A DNA stretch of 64,000 nt from an uncultured delta proteobacterium (GCA_963832165.1 CAWHTE010000011.1:224001-288000), one strand, 5' to 3'; shown: positions 39,562 to 50,995, numbered from the stretch's first letter. The notes: generated from the sequence alone by a model not told the origin. A program made the numbers and translations.

Positions 39562-40115
39562 AGGTCTATACCCGCCGCGGCGACGGTGGGCAGACCGATC
39601 TGTTCGGTGGCGAGCGGGTCGCGAAGGACGCACTGCGCGTGGAGGCCTACGGCGCGGTCGACGAGCTCAACGCCGTCCTGGGCACCGCCGCAGCCGCGAC
39701 CGACGAGCGCGACCTGCGCGAGCTTCTCGCCCAGCTCCAGTCGCTCTTGTTCGCGCTGGGCGGCTCGCTCGCGACGCCCGAAGCCGCGCATCGCGCCAAG
39801 AGCGGGATCCCGGAAGCGACGCGCGCCGATATCGACGAGCTCGAGCGCCGGATCGACTCGTTCGAGACGGAGCTCGCGCCGCTCAAGCGCTTCGTGCTCC
39901 CGGGCGGCACGCCCGCGGCTGCGGCGCTGCACGTCGCGCGCACGGTGTGCCGACGCGCCGAGCGGCGCTGCGTCGAGCTCGCGCGCGACGAGGCGATCGA
40001 TGCGACCGGCATCGCGTTCCTGAATCGGCTGTCCGATCTGCTCTTCGTGATGGCGCGCGTCGCGAACCGGCGCGCGGGCGTGGCCGACGTCGAGTGGGAG
40101 GGCATCCGGCGCTGA
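39558..40115 (+). CDS. pduO: PduO-type ATP:cob(I)alamin adenosyltransferase
   Basis: VYTRRGDGGQT, EAYGAVDELN, FVLPGG, ARTVCRRAER, LNRLSDLLF. Confidence 0.95.
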   Translation: MKVYTRRGDGGQTDLFGGERVAKDALRVEAYGAVDELNAVLGTAAAATDERDLRELLAQLQSLLFALGGSLATPEAAHRAKSGIPEATRADIDELERRIDSFETELAPLKRFVLPGGTPAAAALHVARTVCRRAERRCVELARDEAIDATGIAFLNRLSDLLFVMARVANRRAGVADVEWEGIRR

Positions 40116-40558
40116 TGCTCGCGAGCGTGTCGATCCTATTCGCGTACGGGACGCTGCGGCGCGGTGCGCCGATGCACGGCCTGCTCGAGGGCCGCACGAC
40201 CTGGCTCGGGCTCGCGAGTGTGGCGGGGCGCCTCGTCGATCTCGGCGCGTTTCCGGGTCTCGTTCTCGCGCTCGAACCCGGCGACCGCGTACAGGGCGAC
40301 CTGTTCGCGATCGCAGACGCAGAGCGCGAGGAGCTGCTCGACGCGCTCGACCGCTACGAGGGCGCGAGCTTCGAGCGCGTGCAGCAGGCGATCGAAGGGC
40401 CCGAGGGTCCCGTGCTCGCGTGGCTCTACGCCTATCGCGGCGAGGTGGATGGGCGCCCGGTCGTCGCGGGCGGCGATTACCTCGCGGTCGTTCAGCCGAC
40501 GTCGGCGCCGGCCGCCGCCGACTCGGCGAGCTCGGTCACGCGATCCATCTCGCGCTGA
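40115..40558 (+). CDS. Gamma-glutamylcyclotransferase (GGCT/AIG2-like)
   Basis: LFAYGTLRRG, FPGL, LDRYEG, AWLYAY. Confidence 0.9.
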   Translation: MLASVSILFAYGTLRRGAPMHGLLEGRTTWLGLASVAGRLVDLGAFPGLVLALEPGDRVQGDLFAIADAEREELLDALDRYEGASFERVQQAIEGPEGPVLAWLYAYRGEVDGRPVVAGGDYLAVVQPTSAPAAADSASSVTRSISR

Positions 40559-41154
40559 ATCTGCGCGAGATAGTCGGCATCGCTCCCGCCCTCGCGCGGC
40601 ACCCAGATCGGCTCGCTGTACGCATAGCAGACGCGTGAGAACGGCTTGGGAATCGCGAAGCGGTCCCAGGTGCGCAGCCGCCAGCAGCGCTCGACGCCGA
40701 TCCCGATCGCCACGAGCGGGCGACCGGACAGACGCGCGAGCGCGACGAGGCCCGGCTGGGCGCTGCGCCGCGGCCCGCGCGGGCCATCGGGCGTGATCGC
40801 GGTGCGCGCGCCCTGCCGCAGGCTCTTCACCAACACGCGCGTGGCTGCGAGCGAGCCCTTCGAGCTGGAGCCGCGCACCGGGGTGTATCCCATTTGCTCG
40901 GTGATCCGCGCGATCCGCTCGCCGTCGCGGCTCGCCGAGATCATCACGTGAACGCCGCAGTGCCGATAGAGCCACACCCCGAGCAGGAGCGTCTCGTGCC
41001 ACAGCGGCCAGACCGCGCTCTCGCGCGCGGTGCGCATGCTCCACTCCACACAACCGATCTCGCGCGAGCGCAGCGTCCAGCCGACCGCGTACAGCAGCGC
41101 GATCGCGGCGCGGAGCAGCAGGCGTTCGGGCCAGGATGGCCGTTGCGGTTCCAT
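40492..41154 (-). CDS. DUF374 / lysophospholipid acyltransferase-like protein
   Basis: LWHE, ISASRDGE, VRGSSSKG, ITPDGPRGP, WDRFAIPKPF. Confidence 0.9.
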   Translation of the reverse strand: MEPQRPSWPERLLLRAAIALLYAVGWTLRSREIGCVEWSMRTARESAVWPLWHETLLLGVWLYRHCGVHVMISASRDGERIARITEQMGYTPVRGSSSKGSLAATRVLVKSLRQGARTAITPDGPRGPRRSAQPGLVALARLSGRPLVAIGIGVERCWRLRTWDRFAIPKPFSRVCYAYSEPIWVPREGGSDADYLAQIQREMDRVTELAESAAAGADVG

Positions 41155-41188
41155 GTAACGCCGAGGGAGGCTCGCGCGTATTGGGCTC

Positions 41189-42256
41189 ATGAACAACCTC
41201 ATCGCAGTCGCCGTGATCTCCATGGGCATGGCCGCGTTCGCCGCGCTCGAGGCGGCGATCCCGCTCCGCGCGCGCGGTCGCTGGAACCGGGCGCACCTCC
41301 TCCCCAATCTCTCCCTCGTCGCGATCGCGTTCGCGACCAATGCGCTCATGAACATCCCGCTCCTGGCCGCGCTCGCATGGGCGCAGTCGGCGGGCTTCGG
41401 CTTGCTGCCCGCGCTCGGGCTCCCCGCCGTCTGGAGCGCAGCGCTCGGGGTGATCGGATTCGATCTCGCGTGGTATGCGACGCACGTGTCGATGCACAAG
41501 AGCGCGCGCATGTGGCGCTACCACCGCGTGCACCATTCGGACCCGACCGTCGACGTGACCACGGCGATCCGACAGCACCCCGGCGAGAGCGTGATCCGCT
41601 ATGTCTACCTCGCGGCGTTCGGGCTCGCGCTCGGCGCCACACCCGCCGCGTTCGTGATCTATCGGATCTGGTCGGCCGTACACGGGCTGTTCGAGCACGC
41701 GAACATCGGGCTTCCGCTCTGGCTCGACCGCGCGATCTCGTGGGTGTTCGCCTCGCCGAACATGCACAAGGTCCACCACTCGCGCGCGCCGCATTGCACC
41801 AATACCAACTACGGAAACATCTTCGCGCTGTTCGACCGCTCGTTCCGGACCTTCACACCTGCGCGGCACGGTCTGGACGTCGACTACGGGCTCGACGGCT
41901 TCGACGATCCGGCGCTGCAGACGGCAGCCGGTCTGCTCGCGCTGCCGTTCCGAGCCGAGCCCGAACACCGCGGAGCCGTCCTCGCCGTTCAGCGCAACAG
42001 TTCGAGCAGCTCGTCGCGCGTGATCGCGGGCAGCCGATGGACTTCGCTCGCCTTCGGCTCGCTGCGCGAACGTCGGCAGCCCCGAGCGCAGCCTCCGCGA
42101 GCGCGCGCTTGCGCGCCTGAAGCGCGAGCACGCGCTCCTCGACCGTATCCGTTGCAACCAGGCGGTAGACCATCACGGGCCGCGTCTGTCCGATCCGGTG
42201 CGCGCGATCGGCGGCCTGTTCCTCGACCGCGGGATTCCACCAGGGGTCGAGGATGA
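41189..42256 (+). CDS. Sterol desaturase / fatty acid hydroxylase family protein (3' end uncertain, runs antisense into SNF2)
   Basis: His boxes HVSMH, HRVHH, EHAN, HKVHH and NYG; family-like sequence ends near 41960 but no stop until 42256 as sequenced. Confidence 0.85.
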   Translation: MNNLIAVAVISMGMAAFAALEAAIPLRARGRWNRAHLLPNLSLVAIAFATNALMNIPLLAALAWAQSAGFGLLPALGLPAVWSAALGVIGFDLAWYATHVSMHKSARMWRYHRVHHSDPTVDVTTAIRQHPGESVIRYVYLAAFGLALGATPAAFVIYRIWSAVHGLFEHANIGLPLWLDRAISWVFASPNMHKVHHSRAPHCTNTNYGNIFALFDRSFRTFTPARHGLDVDYGLDGFDDPALQTAAGLLALPFRAEPEHRGAVLAVQRNSSSSSSRVIAGSRWTSLAFGSLRERRQPRAQPPRARACAPEARARAPRPYPLQPGGRPSRAASVRSGARDRRPVPRPRDSTRGRG

Positions 42257-44948
42257 ACACGCTGTCGGCCGCGGTGAGATTGAGTCCGGTTCCGCCCGCT
42301 CGCAGCGAGACGAGCATCACGGGGGGGCCGCTCTCGCTCTGGAACTGTTCGACGACCGCGGCGCGGTCGCGCGTCGAGCCGTCGAGGCGCGTGAACGACA
42401 GGTCGGCGCCGCGCAGCACCGGCTCGACGCGGTCGAGCAGCGACGTCCACTGCGAGAACACGAGCGCCTTGTGTCCCTCGGCGACCGACTCCTCGAGGTT
42501 CTCGCGCAGCACCTCGAGCTTCGCCGAGCGCTCGATGTGCGCGCCCGGGACCAGGCTCGCGTCGCAGGCGGCCTGGCGCAGCCGCAGCAGCGCCTCGAGC
42601 ACCTGGAACGCGCCGCCGCCCGCGGCGAAGCGCGCGGCCACGTCGTCGCGCGTGGCCGCGCGGATCGCGTCGTACACCTGGCGCTCGTCCTCCGCGAGCT
42701 CGACGTGCAGCACCACCTCGGTTCGCGGCGGGAGCTCGGGCGCGACGTCGCGCTTCTTGCGCCGCAACACGAACGGCCGCACGCGCGCGCGCAGTCGCTC
42801 GGCCGCGATCGCGTCGCCCGCGGCGATCGGCCGTGCATAGCGCTCGTCGAAGTCGCGTTGGCTGCCGAGCCAGCCGCGCGACAGGAACTGGAACTGGCTC
42901 CAGAGCTCGGAGAGCCGGTTCTCGATCGGCGTTCCCGTGAGCGCGACCCGGAACCGGCCCGGCAGGCGATGCGCCGCGCGCGCCACCTGGCTGTCGGCGT
43001 TCTTGATCGACTGCGACTCGTCGAGCACCACGCTCGCCCAGTCGACGGCGCACAGCGCGTCGATGTCGAGCCGAAGCAGCGCATAGCTCGTGATCGTGAG
43101 GTCGGCGGCGGGATCCAGCTCGCGCGAGGGCCCGTGATAGACGCACACGCGCAGGGCAGGGCGGAAGCGCGCAGTCTCCGCGGCCCAGTTCGGTACGACG
43201 CTGGTCGGCGCCACGACGAGCGTGCGGCCGCGCACTGCGCAGAGCGCCTGGAGGGTCTTGCCGAGTCCCATGTCGTCGGCGAGCAGCGCGGGCAGAGCGA
43301 GCTCGCGCAGGCCGCCGAGCCAGCGCACGCCTTCGCTCTGATAGGTGCGCAGCTGCGCGACGAGATCCGCGGGCAATGCGTCCTGCGCGGTGAGTGCGGG
43401 CGCATCGACGAGCGCGCCGAGCGCGCGTCGGAGCGCCTCTGCGGCCTCCGGCACCGGATCGCCGAGCTCCTCGGCGAGCGCCGCGAGCTCGGGCAGCGCG
43501 GCGCTCGGAAGGTCGCCGCGCTCACCGCGCGCCGCGAGCAGATCGGCTACGCGCGCGCCGTGCCGCGTCAGCCAATCACTCGGGAGCTGCGCGAAACCGC
43601 CGCCGTCGAGCGCCACCCAGCTCTCCCCCGCGCGCCACGCTTCGAGCACGCGCGCGGTCGCCGCGCTGCGCAACTTTCCGGCGCGATCGGTCAGCTCGAA
43701 CGCGGCGTTGCCCTCCGTCGCGTCGAAGCGCGGCGCAAGCGAGCCGACGCGCGTGAAGTGCGCGAGCGCGGGCGCATCGGCCGCGCCGTGCCAGCGCCGC
43801 AGCCGGCTCGTGAGCTCGAGCGCCTCGTGCCCGCGCACGACCACGCGTCGGCCCGGTGCGAGCTCGAGCTCGTGCGCGAGCCGTCGCAACAGCGCGCGCT
43901 CGACCGCTTCGTCTCGCAGCGGCAGTGCGCCGCCGAGCGGCACGAGCCGGCCCGCGTCGACGCGCGCAGTGGGCGGATCTCCGTAGACCAGCAGCGCGAG
44001 CACGGCGAGCGCGTCGCCTTCGCGCTCGATCGCGAGCGCGATGCGCGGCGGCTCGCTGCTCGTACGCGGCAGGCGATCGGTGGCGATCTCGAGTGGAATC
44101 CGCTCTTGCAACGACGGCAACACGGCGGTGACGAGCTCGGCGGCCTCGTCGGCGCGATAGGTGCGACCGCGCTGCAGCTCCTCGAGCTCGCGGCCCGAGA
44201 GCAGCGAGGCGCCGAGCGGGCAGAGCGTGCCGTCGTCGAGCAGCGCCACCTCGCCCGCGAACGTCTCCATCACGCGTGGATCCCGTCGCGCGATCAGGCG
44301 GAAGCCCTCGGGCGCATCCTCGAGCCGCCCGACGAACCCGACGGGCGAGGCGTTCGCACGCACCGGCGTTCCGTCGAGCGCGACGTCGGTACAGCTCGCG
44401 AGCGCCCCGAGCACGCTCGGCCACAGCCCGCGCGGCAGCTCGCCGCGCAGCCGCGTGCCGAGCGCGCGCTCGACGGCGAGATCCGCGGCGGTGGCGAGGA
44501 ACGCGGGTCCATCGCTGCGCGAGGCCGCGGCGAGCGTGGTCTGGAGCGGCTCCTCGCGGTCGCCCAGCACGATGGCGCGCTCGAAGTGCAGCGCGCCCGC
44601 GCGCCGCGCGAGCCGGACGCCGATCCGGCCGGAAGGCTGGCCCGCGCCGGGCAGACGCTCGCCGCTGCGGCGCGCCTGGCGCAGCGCGATCACGGCCGCG
44701 GCCGCGTGCTCGCAGACGTCTTCGCGGCTCGCGCAGTCGCAGTTCCAGTCGGGCGGGTCGAGGTCGAGATGCACCGAGGGGGAGACGAGCCCGCCGCGTG
44801 TCGCCACGCGCAGCGCGACGGTGTCTCCCTCGTCGCGCTCGCCCTGCACCGCGCCCGCGCGCGCGAGCGAGACAGCCTGTGACCAGACCGTGGCCGAACA
44901 GGCGGCCCGGATCGCCGTGAACAGCTCGTCGATCGCTTCACTCGACAT
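41989..44948 (-). CDS. SWIM zinc finger SNF2-family helicase (frameshift near 42072)
   Basis: CDC...[45 protein letters not shown]; typical C-terminus [11 protein letters not shown] lies in another frame. Confidence 0.92.
42042..42068. repeat. 27-bp dispersed REP-like repeat, copy 2, within coding sequence
   Basis: Identical to 13670-13696; encodes RSEPKASE in the frame of the SNF2 C-terminus. Confidence 0.85.
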
Positions 44949-44955
44949 GGTTCGA

Positions 44956-45933
44956 CTAACGCGTTGCGCCGAGCGCGGCCTCGATCGCGCGCCCGAGCGC
45001 CTCGATGGCGCCGAACGAGCTGCGCGAGCCATCGCTGCGCAGCTTCTCGGACACCCCGCCGGCGCCGCCGATCTGTGCGACGCCGAAGGTCCCGTAGCGG
45101 CGCGTGAGCGCTTCGATCACGAAGCGCTCGCGCCCGCCCGCGCGGCGCGCGCGCAGCGCATCCGAGTCGAGTGCGAAGCGCCGGTGTGCCGCGAGCGTCT
45201 CGATCAGCGCGTCCACGCCGGTCCCGTCGCGCGCCGAGAGCAGCGAGACGGGCGGCTCCCAGCTCTTGGGCTCGCGCTCCGCCAACCGGACGCCCGCCTC
45301 GAGCTCGCGCGCGGTACGCTGCGCGAGCGCGCCGGTGTCGGCCTTGTTCACGACGAACACGTCGACGAGCTCGAGCAGGCCCGCCTTCATGAACTGGAGC
45401 GTGTCGCCGCTGCCCGGATTGGCGACGAACACGAGCGTGTCGACGAGATCGGCCACGGCAGCCTCGGACTGGCCGACGCCGACCGTCTCGACGAACACGC
45501 AGTCGAACGCGGTGGAGAGGATCGCGACCGCCGCCCAGGTCTGCTCGGCGATGCCGCCCAGGCGGTCGCGTGCGGCCATCGAGCGGATGAACACGCCGTC
45601 GTCGCCCCCGCTCGAGCGCATCCGGATGCGATCGCCCAGCAGCGCGCCGCCGGTGCGCTGGCTCGAGGGATCGACCGCGACGACCGCGACGGTCTGCCCA
45701 CTGCGGCGCAGTCCGCGCACGAGCGCGTCGAGCAGCGTCGACTTGCCCGAGCCCGGCGCGCCCGTCACGCCGATCCGCGCGCTGCCCGGGAACGGCTCGC
45801 CCTGCTCGAGCGCGTCGAGCAGCGCGAGGGCCTGTGCGCGCGGTCCGGGGCGCTGATCGTCGGCGAGGTTGAGCGCGGCGGCGACGGCGGCGCGATCGCG
45901 CTTCTTCAGCCGATCGACAAGGTCAGGCTGCAG
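44956..45933 (-). CDS. meaB: MeaB/ArgK GTPase chaperone of B12-dependent mutase
   Basis: [17 protein letters not shown]...[31 protein letters not shown]; start uncertain (CTG at 45933 or GTG at 46017). Confidence 0.93.
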   Translation of the reverse strand: MQPDLVDRLKKRDRAAVAAALNLADDQRPGPRAQALALLDALEQGEPFPGSARIGVTGAPGSGKSTLLDALVRGLRRSGQTVAVVAVDPSSQRTGGALLGDRIRMRSSGGDDGVFIRSMAARDRLGGIAEQTWAAVAILSTAFDCVFVETVGVGQSEAAVADLVDTLVFVANPGSGDTLQFMKAGLLELVDVFVVNKADTGALAQRTARELEAGVRLAEREPKSWEPPVSLLSARDGTGVDALIETLAAHRRFALDSDALRARRAGGRERFVIEALTRRYGTFGVAQIGGAGGVSEKLRSDGSRSSFGAIEALGRAIEAALGATR

Positions 45934-47907
45934 CGCGCGACTCCGCGACGACGTCGACGATCTCGTCCATGATGCGCGTGAGGTCGAAGTCCTTCGGCGT
46001 GTAGACGCGCGCGACACCGGCTTTGCGCAGCGTGCGCGCGTCCTCCTCGGGGATGATCCCGCCGACGATCACGGGCAGCTCGCCGCAGCCCGCCGCGCGC
46101 AGCCGCTCGAGTACGTCGATCACGAGCACGCCGTGCGAGCCGGACAGGATCGAGAGGCCGATCACGTGCACGCCCTCGTCGCGCGCCGAGCTCGCGATCT
46201 CCTCGGGTGTGAGTCGGATCCCCTCGTACACGACTTCGATCCCGACGTCGCGCGCCTTCACGGCGATCTGTTCGGCGCCATTGCTGTGCCCGTCGAGCCC
46301 GGGCTTGCCGACGAGCAGCTTGAGCGGGCGCCCGAGGCGATCCGCGAGCGCGTGCACGCGCCGGCGCACCGCCGCGGTGTCACCGCTCGCGGTGGCGGAC
46401 TCGCCCGCGACCACGCCGGTCGGCGCGCGGTACTCGCCGAAGCGCTTGCGCAGCGCGTCGGCCCATTCGCCCGTGGTGACCCCCGCGTGCGCGGCGCGGA
46501 TCGACACCGGCATCACGTTCTTGCCCGCCGCGATCGCGTCGTCGAGCTCGCGCAGCGCGCTCTTCACCTCCGCGGCGCTGCGCCGGGTGCGGAACGCGCG
46601 CAGCGACTCGATCTGCTCGCGCTCCGCAGACTCGTCCACGACCAGGATCGACTGTCGCCCGCCGTGAGCGGCGACGGCTCGGTCTCGGTGTAGGCGTTCA
46701 CGCCGACCACGATGTGCTCGCCGCTCTCGATCGCGCGCAGGCGCCGCGTGTTCGCGGCCACGAGCTGCTGCTTCATGTAGGCGCTCTCGACCGCGGCCAC
46801 GGCGCCGCCCATCTTCAGCACGCGCGCGAGCTCTTCCTTTGCGCTCGCGATCAGATCGTTCGTCTGCTTCTCGACCACGTGGGAGCCGTCGAACAGGTCC
46901 TCGTACTCGAGCAGGTCGGTTTCGTAGGCGAGGATCTGCTGGATGCGCAGCGACCACTGCTGGTCCCACGGGCGCGGCAGACCGAGCGCCTCGTTCCAGG
47001 CCGGCAGCTGCAGCGCGCGGCAGCGCGCCTTCTTCGAGAACGTGACGCCGAGCGCCTCGAGCACGATCCGGATCACGTTGTTCTCGGGCTGGGCCTCGGT
47101 GAGGCCGAGGCTGTTCACCTGCACGCCGTAGCGGAAGCGGCGCAGCACGGAATCGGTCACGCCGTAGCGCTCCGCGGTGATCTCGTCCCAGATCTCGGCC
47201 ATCGCACGCGCCTTGCAGATCTCCTCGACGAAGCGGATGCCCGCGTTCAGGAAGAACGAGATCCGGCCGACGACCTCGGGGATCGCGCTCTCGGGCACGT
47301 CGTCGCGCGCGCGCGTGGCATCGAGCACCGCGATCGCGTTCGCCATCGCGAACGCGATCTCCTGGGTCGGCGTCGCTCCCGCCTCCTGCAGGTGATAGGA
47401 GCAGACGTTGATCGGGTTCCACTTCGGGATCTGCGCGACCGTGTACGCGACGATGTCCGTGGTGAGCCGCATCGAGGGCTCGGGCGGAAACACGTAGGTG
47501 CCGCGCGAGAGGTACTCCTTGATGATGTCGTTCTGCGTGGTGCCCGAGAGCTGCGAAGCGGACACGCCGCTGCGCTCGGCCGTCGCGACGTAGAGCGCGA
47601 GCAGCCATGCGGCCGTGGCGTTGATCGTCATCGAGGTGTTCATGCGGTCGAGCGGGATTTCCGCGAACAGCGCCTGCATGTCGTCGATGTGTCCGATCGG
47701 CACGCCCACCTTGCCCACCTCGCCGCGCGCGAGCGGATGGTCGGAATCGAAGCCGGTCTGGGTGGGCAGATCGAACGCCACGGAGAGGCCGGTCTGGCCC
47801 TTGGCGAGATTGCCGCGGTAGAGCTCGTTGCTCGCGCGCGCCGACGAGTGGCCCGAATAGGTGCGGAATACCCAGGGCCGGTCGCGGTGGTCGGGAGACG
47901 CGGTCAT
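45923..47907 (-). CDS. meaA: Adenosylcobalamin-dependent mutase, MeaA/ethylmalonyl-CoA mutase type (frameshift near 46652)
   Basis: PWVFRTYSGHS, GQTGLSVAFDLPTQ, QNDIIKEYLSRG, RYGVQVNSLG; B12 domain GKPGLDGHSNG and SILSGSH in the shifted frame. Confidence 0.9.
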
Positions 47908-47934
47908 AAGTGCCCGAATAAGCTACCGTAGGAC

Positions 47935-48906
<972 letters not shown>

Positions 48907-49021
48907 GTCGCTCGGGGCTCCCGCGGCGGTTGGATTCCATTCAGGGCCGGCACGGAATCAGCCGATCTACCCGTGAGCGTTACCATTCTGGGGTGGGTGT
49001 GGAAGGGCTAGCGGTGCCTGC

Positions 49022-49561
49022 ATGAAGTTCACGCCGGGGCGCGTCGCGGGCTGCTTCGTCATCGAGCTCGAACGGCGCGAGGACGATCGCGGCTACTTCG
49101 CACGCGCCTGGTGCGAGCAGGAGCTCGCCGATCATGGCCTGTGCACAGACGTCTCCCAGGTGAACGTGGGCGTGAGTGTCCTGGCCGGGACGCTGCGCGG
49201 CATGCACTACCAGGTCGCGCCGCATGCCGAGGTCAAGATCGCGCGCTGCGCGCGTGGCGCCGCATTCGACGTGGCCGTCGATCTGCGCCCCGATTCTCCG
49301 ACCTTCCTCGAGTGGCAGGGCTGCGAGCTGTCGGGCGACAACGGCCGGATGCTCTACATCCCGGAAGGATGCGCGCACGGCTATCTTACGTTGACAGACG
49401 ACGCCGAACTTCTTTATTTCACTTCGAGACGGTACGCGCCGGATGCGGCGCGCGGCGTCCGCTTCGACGACCCGCAGTTCTCAATCGAGTGGCCACGTCC
49501 GGTGACCACGATCTCGCCAGCAGATGCTGCCTGGCCGGACTTCAAGGTGACAAAGCCATGA
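49022..49561 (+). CDS. rmlC: dTDP-4-dehydrorhamnose 3,5-epimerase family protein
   Basis: DDRGYF, GTLRGMHYQ, DVAVDLR, YIPEGCAHGY. Confidence 0.9.
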   Translation: MKFTPGRVAGCFVIELERREDDRGYFARAWCEQELADHGLCTDVSQVNVGVSVLAGTLRGMHYQVAPHAEVKIARCARGAAFDVAVDLRPDSPTFLEWQGCELSGDNGRMLYIPEGCAHGYLTLTDDAELLYFTSRRYAPDAARGVRFDDPQFSIEWPRPVTTISPADAAWPDFKVTKP

Positions 49562-50856
49562 TCATCGTCGACACCGCTCTCAAGAAGCGCCTCGCCCAGA
49601 ACAACCCGGTTCGCGTTGCGCTCGTCGCGGCGGGCTACATGGGCCGCGGCATCGTGCTCGAGATCCTGACGGCCTTCCCCGGCCTGCGCCTGGTGGCGAT
49701 CGCGAATCGCACCGCGGACCAGGCCGAGCGCGCCTATCGCGAGGCGGGAGCGCACGATCTCCGCTCCGCGACGACGCCGGCAGAGCTCGAGAAGGCGATG
49801 GCGGACGGCGTCTACGCCGTGACCGACGACCCGACCGTCGTCTGCCGCGCCAACGGAGTCGAGGCGATCATCGAGACGAGCGGAGACGTCGAGTTCGGTG
49901 CGCTCGTCGCGCTCGAGGCGCTCAAGAACGGCAAGCACGTGATCCTGATGAACGCCGAGGTGGATGCCGCCGTCGGACCCATGCTCAAGGTGTACGCAGA
50001 CCGAAACAACGCGGTGTACACCTACACCGACGGCGACGAGCCGGGCGTTGCGATGAATCTGTTCCGGTTCGTGGACAGCATCGGCTACAAGCCGGTGATG
50101 ATGGGGCAGATCAAGGGCTTCCTGAACCGCTACCGGAATCCGGACACGCAGCAGGAGTTCGCGGCGAAGCACAACCAGAAGGCTTCGATGGTCGCGTCCT
50201 TCGCCGACGGCTCCAAGCTCGCGCTCGAGTCCGCGATCATGGGCAACGCCACGGGCTTCAAGCCCGCGAAGCTCGGCATGTACGGCTACGAGTGCAAGCA
50301 CGTGAAGGATCTACTCCAGCACTTCAAGCCGGAGGACTTCGCGCAGGGCGGCGTCGTCGACTTCGTGCTGGGCGCCGAGCCGCACACGGGCGCGTTCATC
50401 ATGGGCTACAACGACAACCCGGTGCTGCAGCAGTACATGGCGTACTTCAAGTTCGGCAACGGCCCGCTCTACATGTTCTACACGCCGTACCACCTGCCGC
50501 ATCTGCAGCTGCCGCACTCGGTCGCGCGCGCCGTGCTGTTCCAGGATCCGACGCTGACTCCGCGCGGAGCACCGGTGTGCGAGGCCGTCGCCTACGCGAA
50601 ACGCGACCTCAAGGCCGGCGAGCTGCTCGACGGCATGGGCGGCTTCACCAACTACGGCCTGATCGATACCTACGAGAACAGCCTCGCCAACGACTATCTG
50701 CCCATGTCGCTGTCGGTCGACTGCAAGCTGGTTCGCGCCATCGCGAAGGATCAGCCGCTGCGGTACTCCGACGTCGTGCTGCCGACGGGTCGGGTCTGCG
50801 ATCAGCTCCGCGCCGAGCAGCTCGCGCACTTCGGCGGCGCCAAGCGCACGAGCTGA
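49558..50856 (+). CDS. NAD(P)-dependent oxidoreductase with C-terminal SAF domain (homoserine dehydrogenase-like)
   Basis: AAGYMGRG, MNAEVD, DGDEPG, SFADGSK, FYTPYHL, AKRDLKAGELLDG. Confidence 0.9.
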   Translation: MIIVDTALKKRLAQNNPVRVALVAAGYMGRGIVLEILTAFPGLRLVAIANRTADQAERAYREAGAHDLRSATTPAELEKAMADGVYAVTDDPTVVCRANGVEAIIETSGDVEFGALVALEALKNGKHVILMNAEVDAAVGPMLKVYADRNNAVYTYTDGDEPGVAMNLFRFVDSIGYKPVMMGQIKGFLNRYRNPDTQQEFAAKHNQKASMVASFADGSKLALESAIMGNATGFKPAKLGMYGYECKHVKDLLQHFKPEDFAQGGVVDFVLGAEPHTGAFIMGYNDNPVLQQYMAYFKFGNGPLYMFYTPYHLPHLQLPHSVARAVLFQDPTLTPRGAPVCEAVAYAKRDLKAGELLDGMGGFTNYGLIDTYENSLANDYLPMSLSVDCKLVRAIAKDQPLRYSDVVLPTGRVCDQLRAEQLAHFGGAKRTS

Positions 50857-50966
50857 GTCCATCCGGCGCGGCGGCGGGATCCGCGGTCCGGCGCGGTCGA
50901 GGCCGACGTCTGCCTGTCGGAGCCCGCTGACGCACCCCCTCTTCCCCTGACGCGGGAAATGAGTCG

Positions 50967-50995
50967 TTGACGAGTGTCAGCGGGTGGTGCATCAT
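50967..50995 (+). promoter_or_regulatory. Putative sigma70 promoter (TTGACG-N17-CATCAT) overlapped by palindrome TGAC-N4-GTCA (candidate TetR operator)
   Basis: -35 at 50967-50972, -10 at 50990-50995 preceded by TG; TGACGAGTGTCA at 50968-50979, upstream of the P450-tetR pair. Confidence 0.55.

Noticed and set aside
42029..42081. 7-bp direct repeat GGCAGCC flanking repeat copy 2 as a target-site duplication
   Set aside because: Removing the 46-nt unit does not restore the frame, copy 1 has no such flank, and a GC-rich 7-mer is expected by chance.
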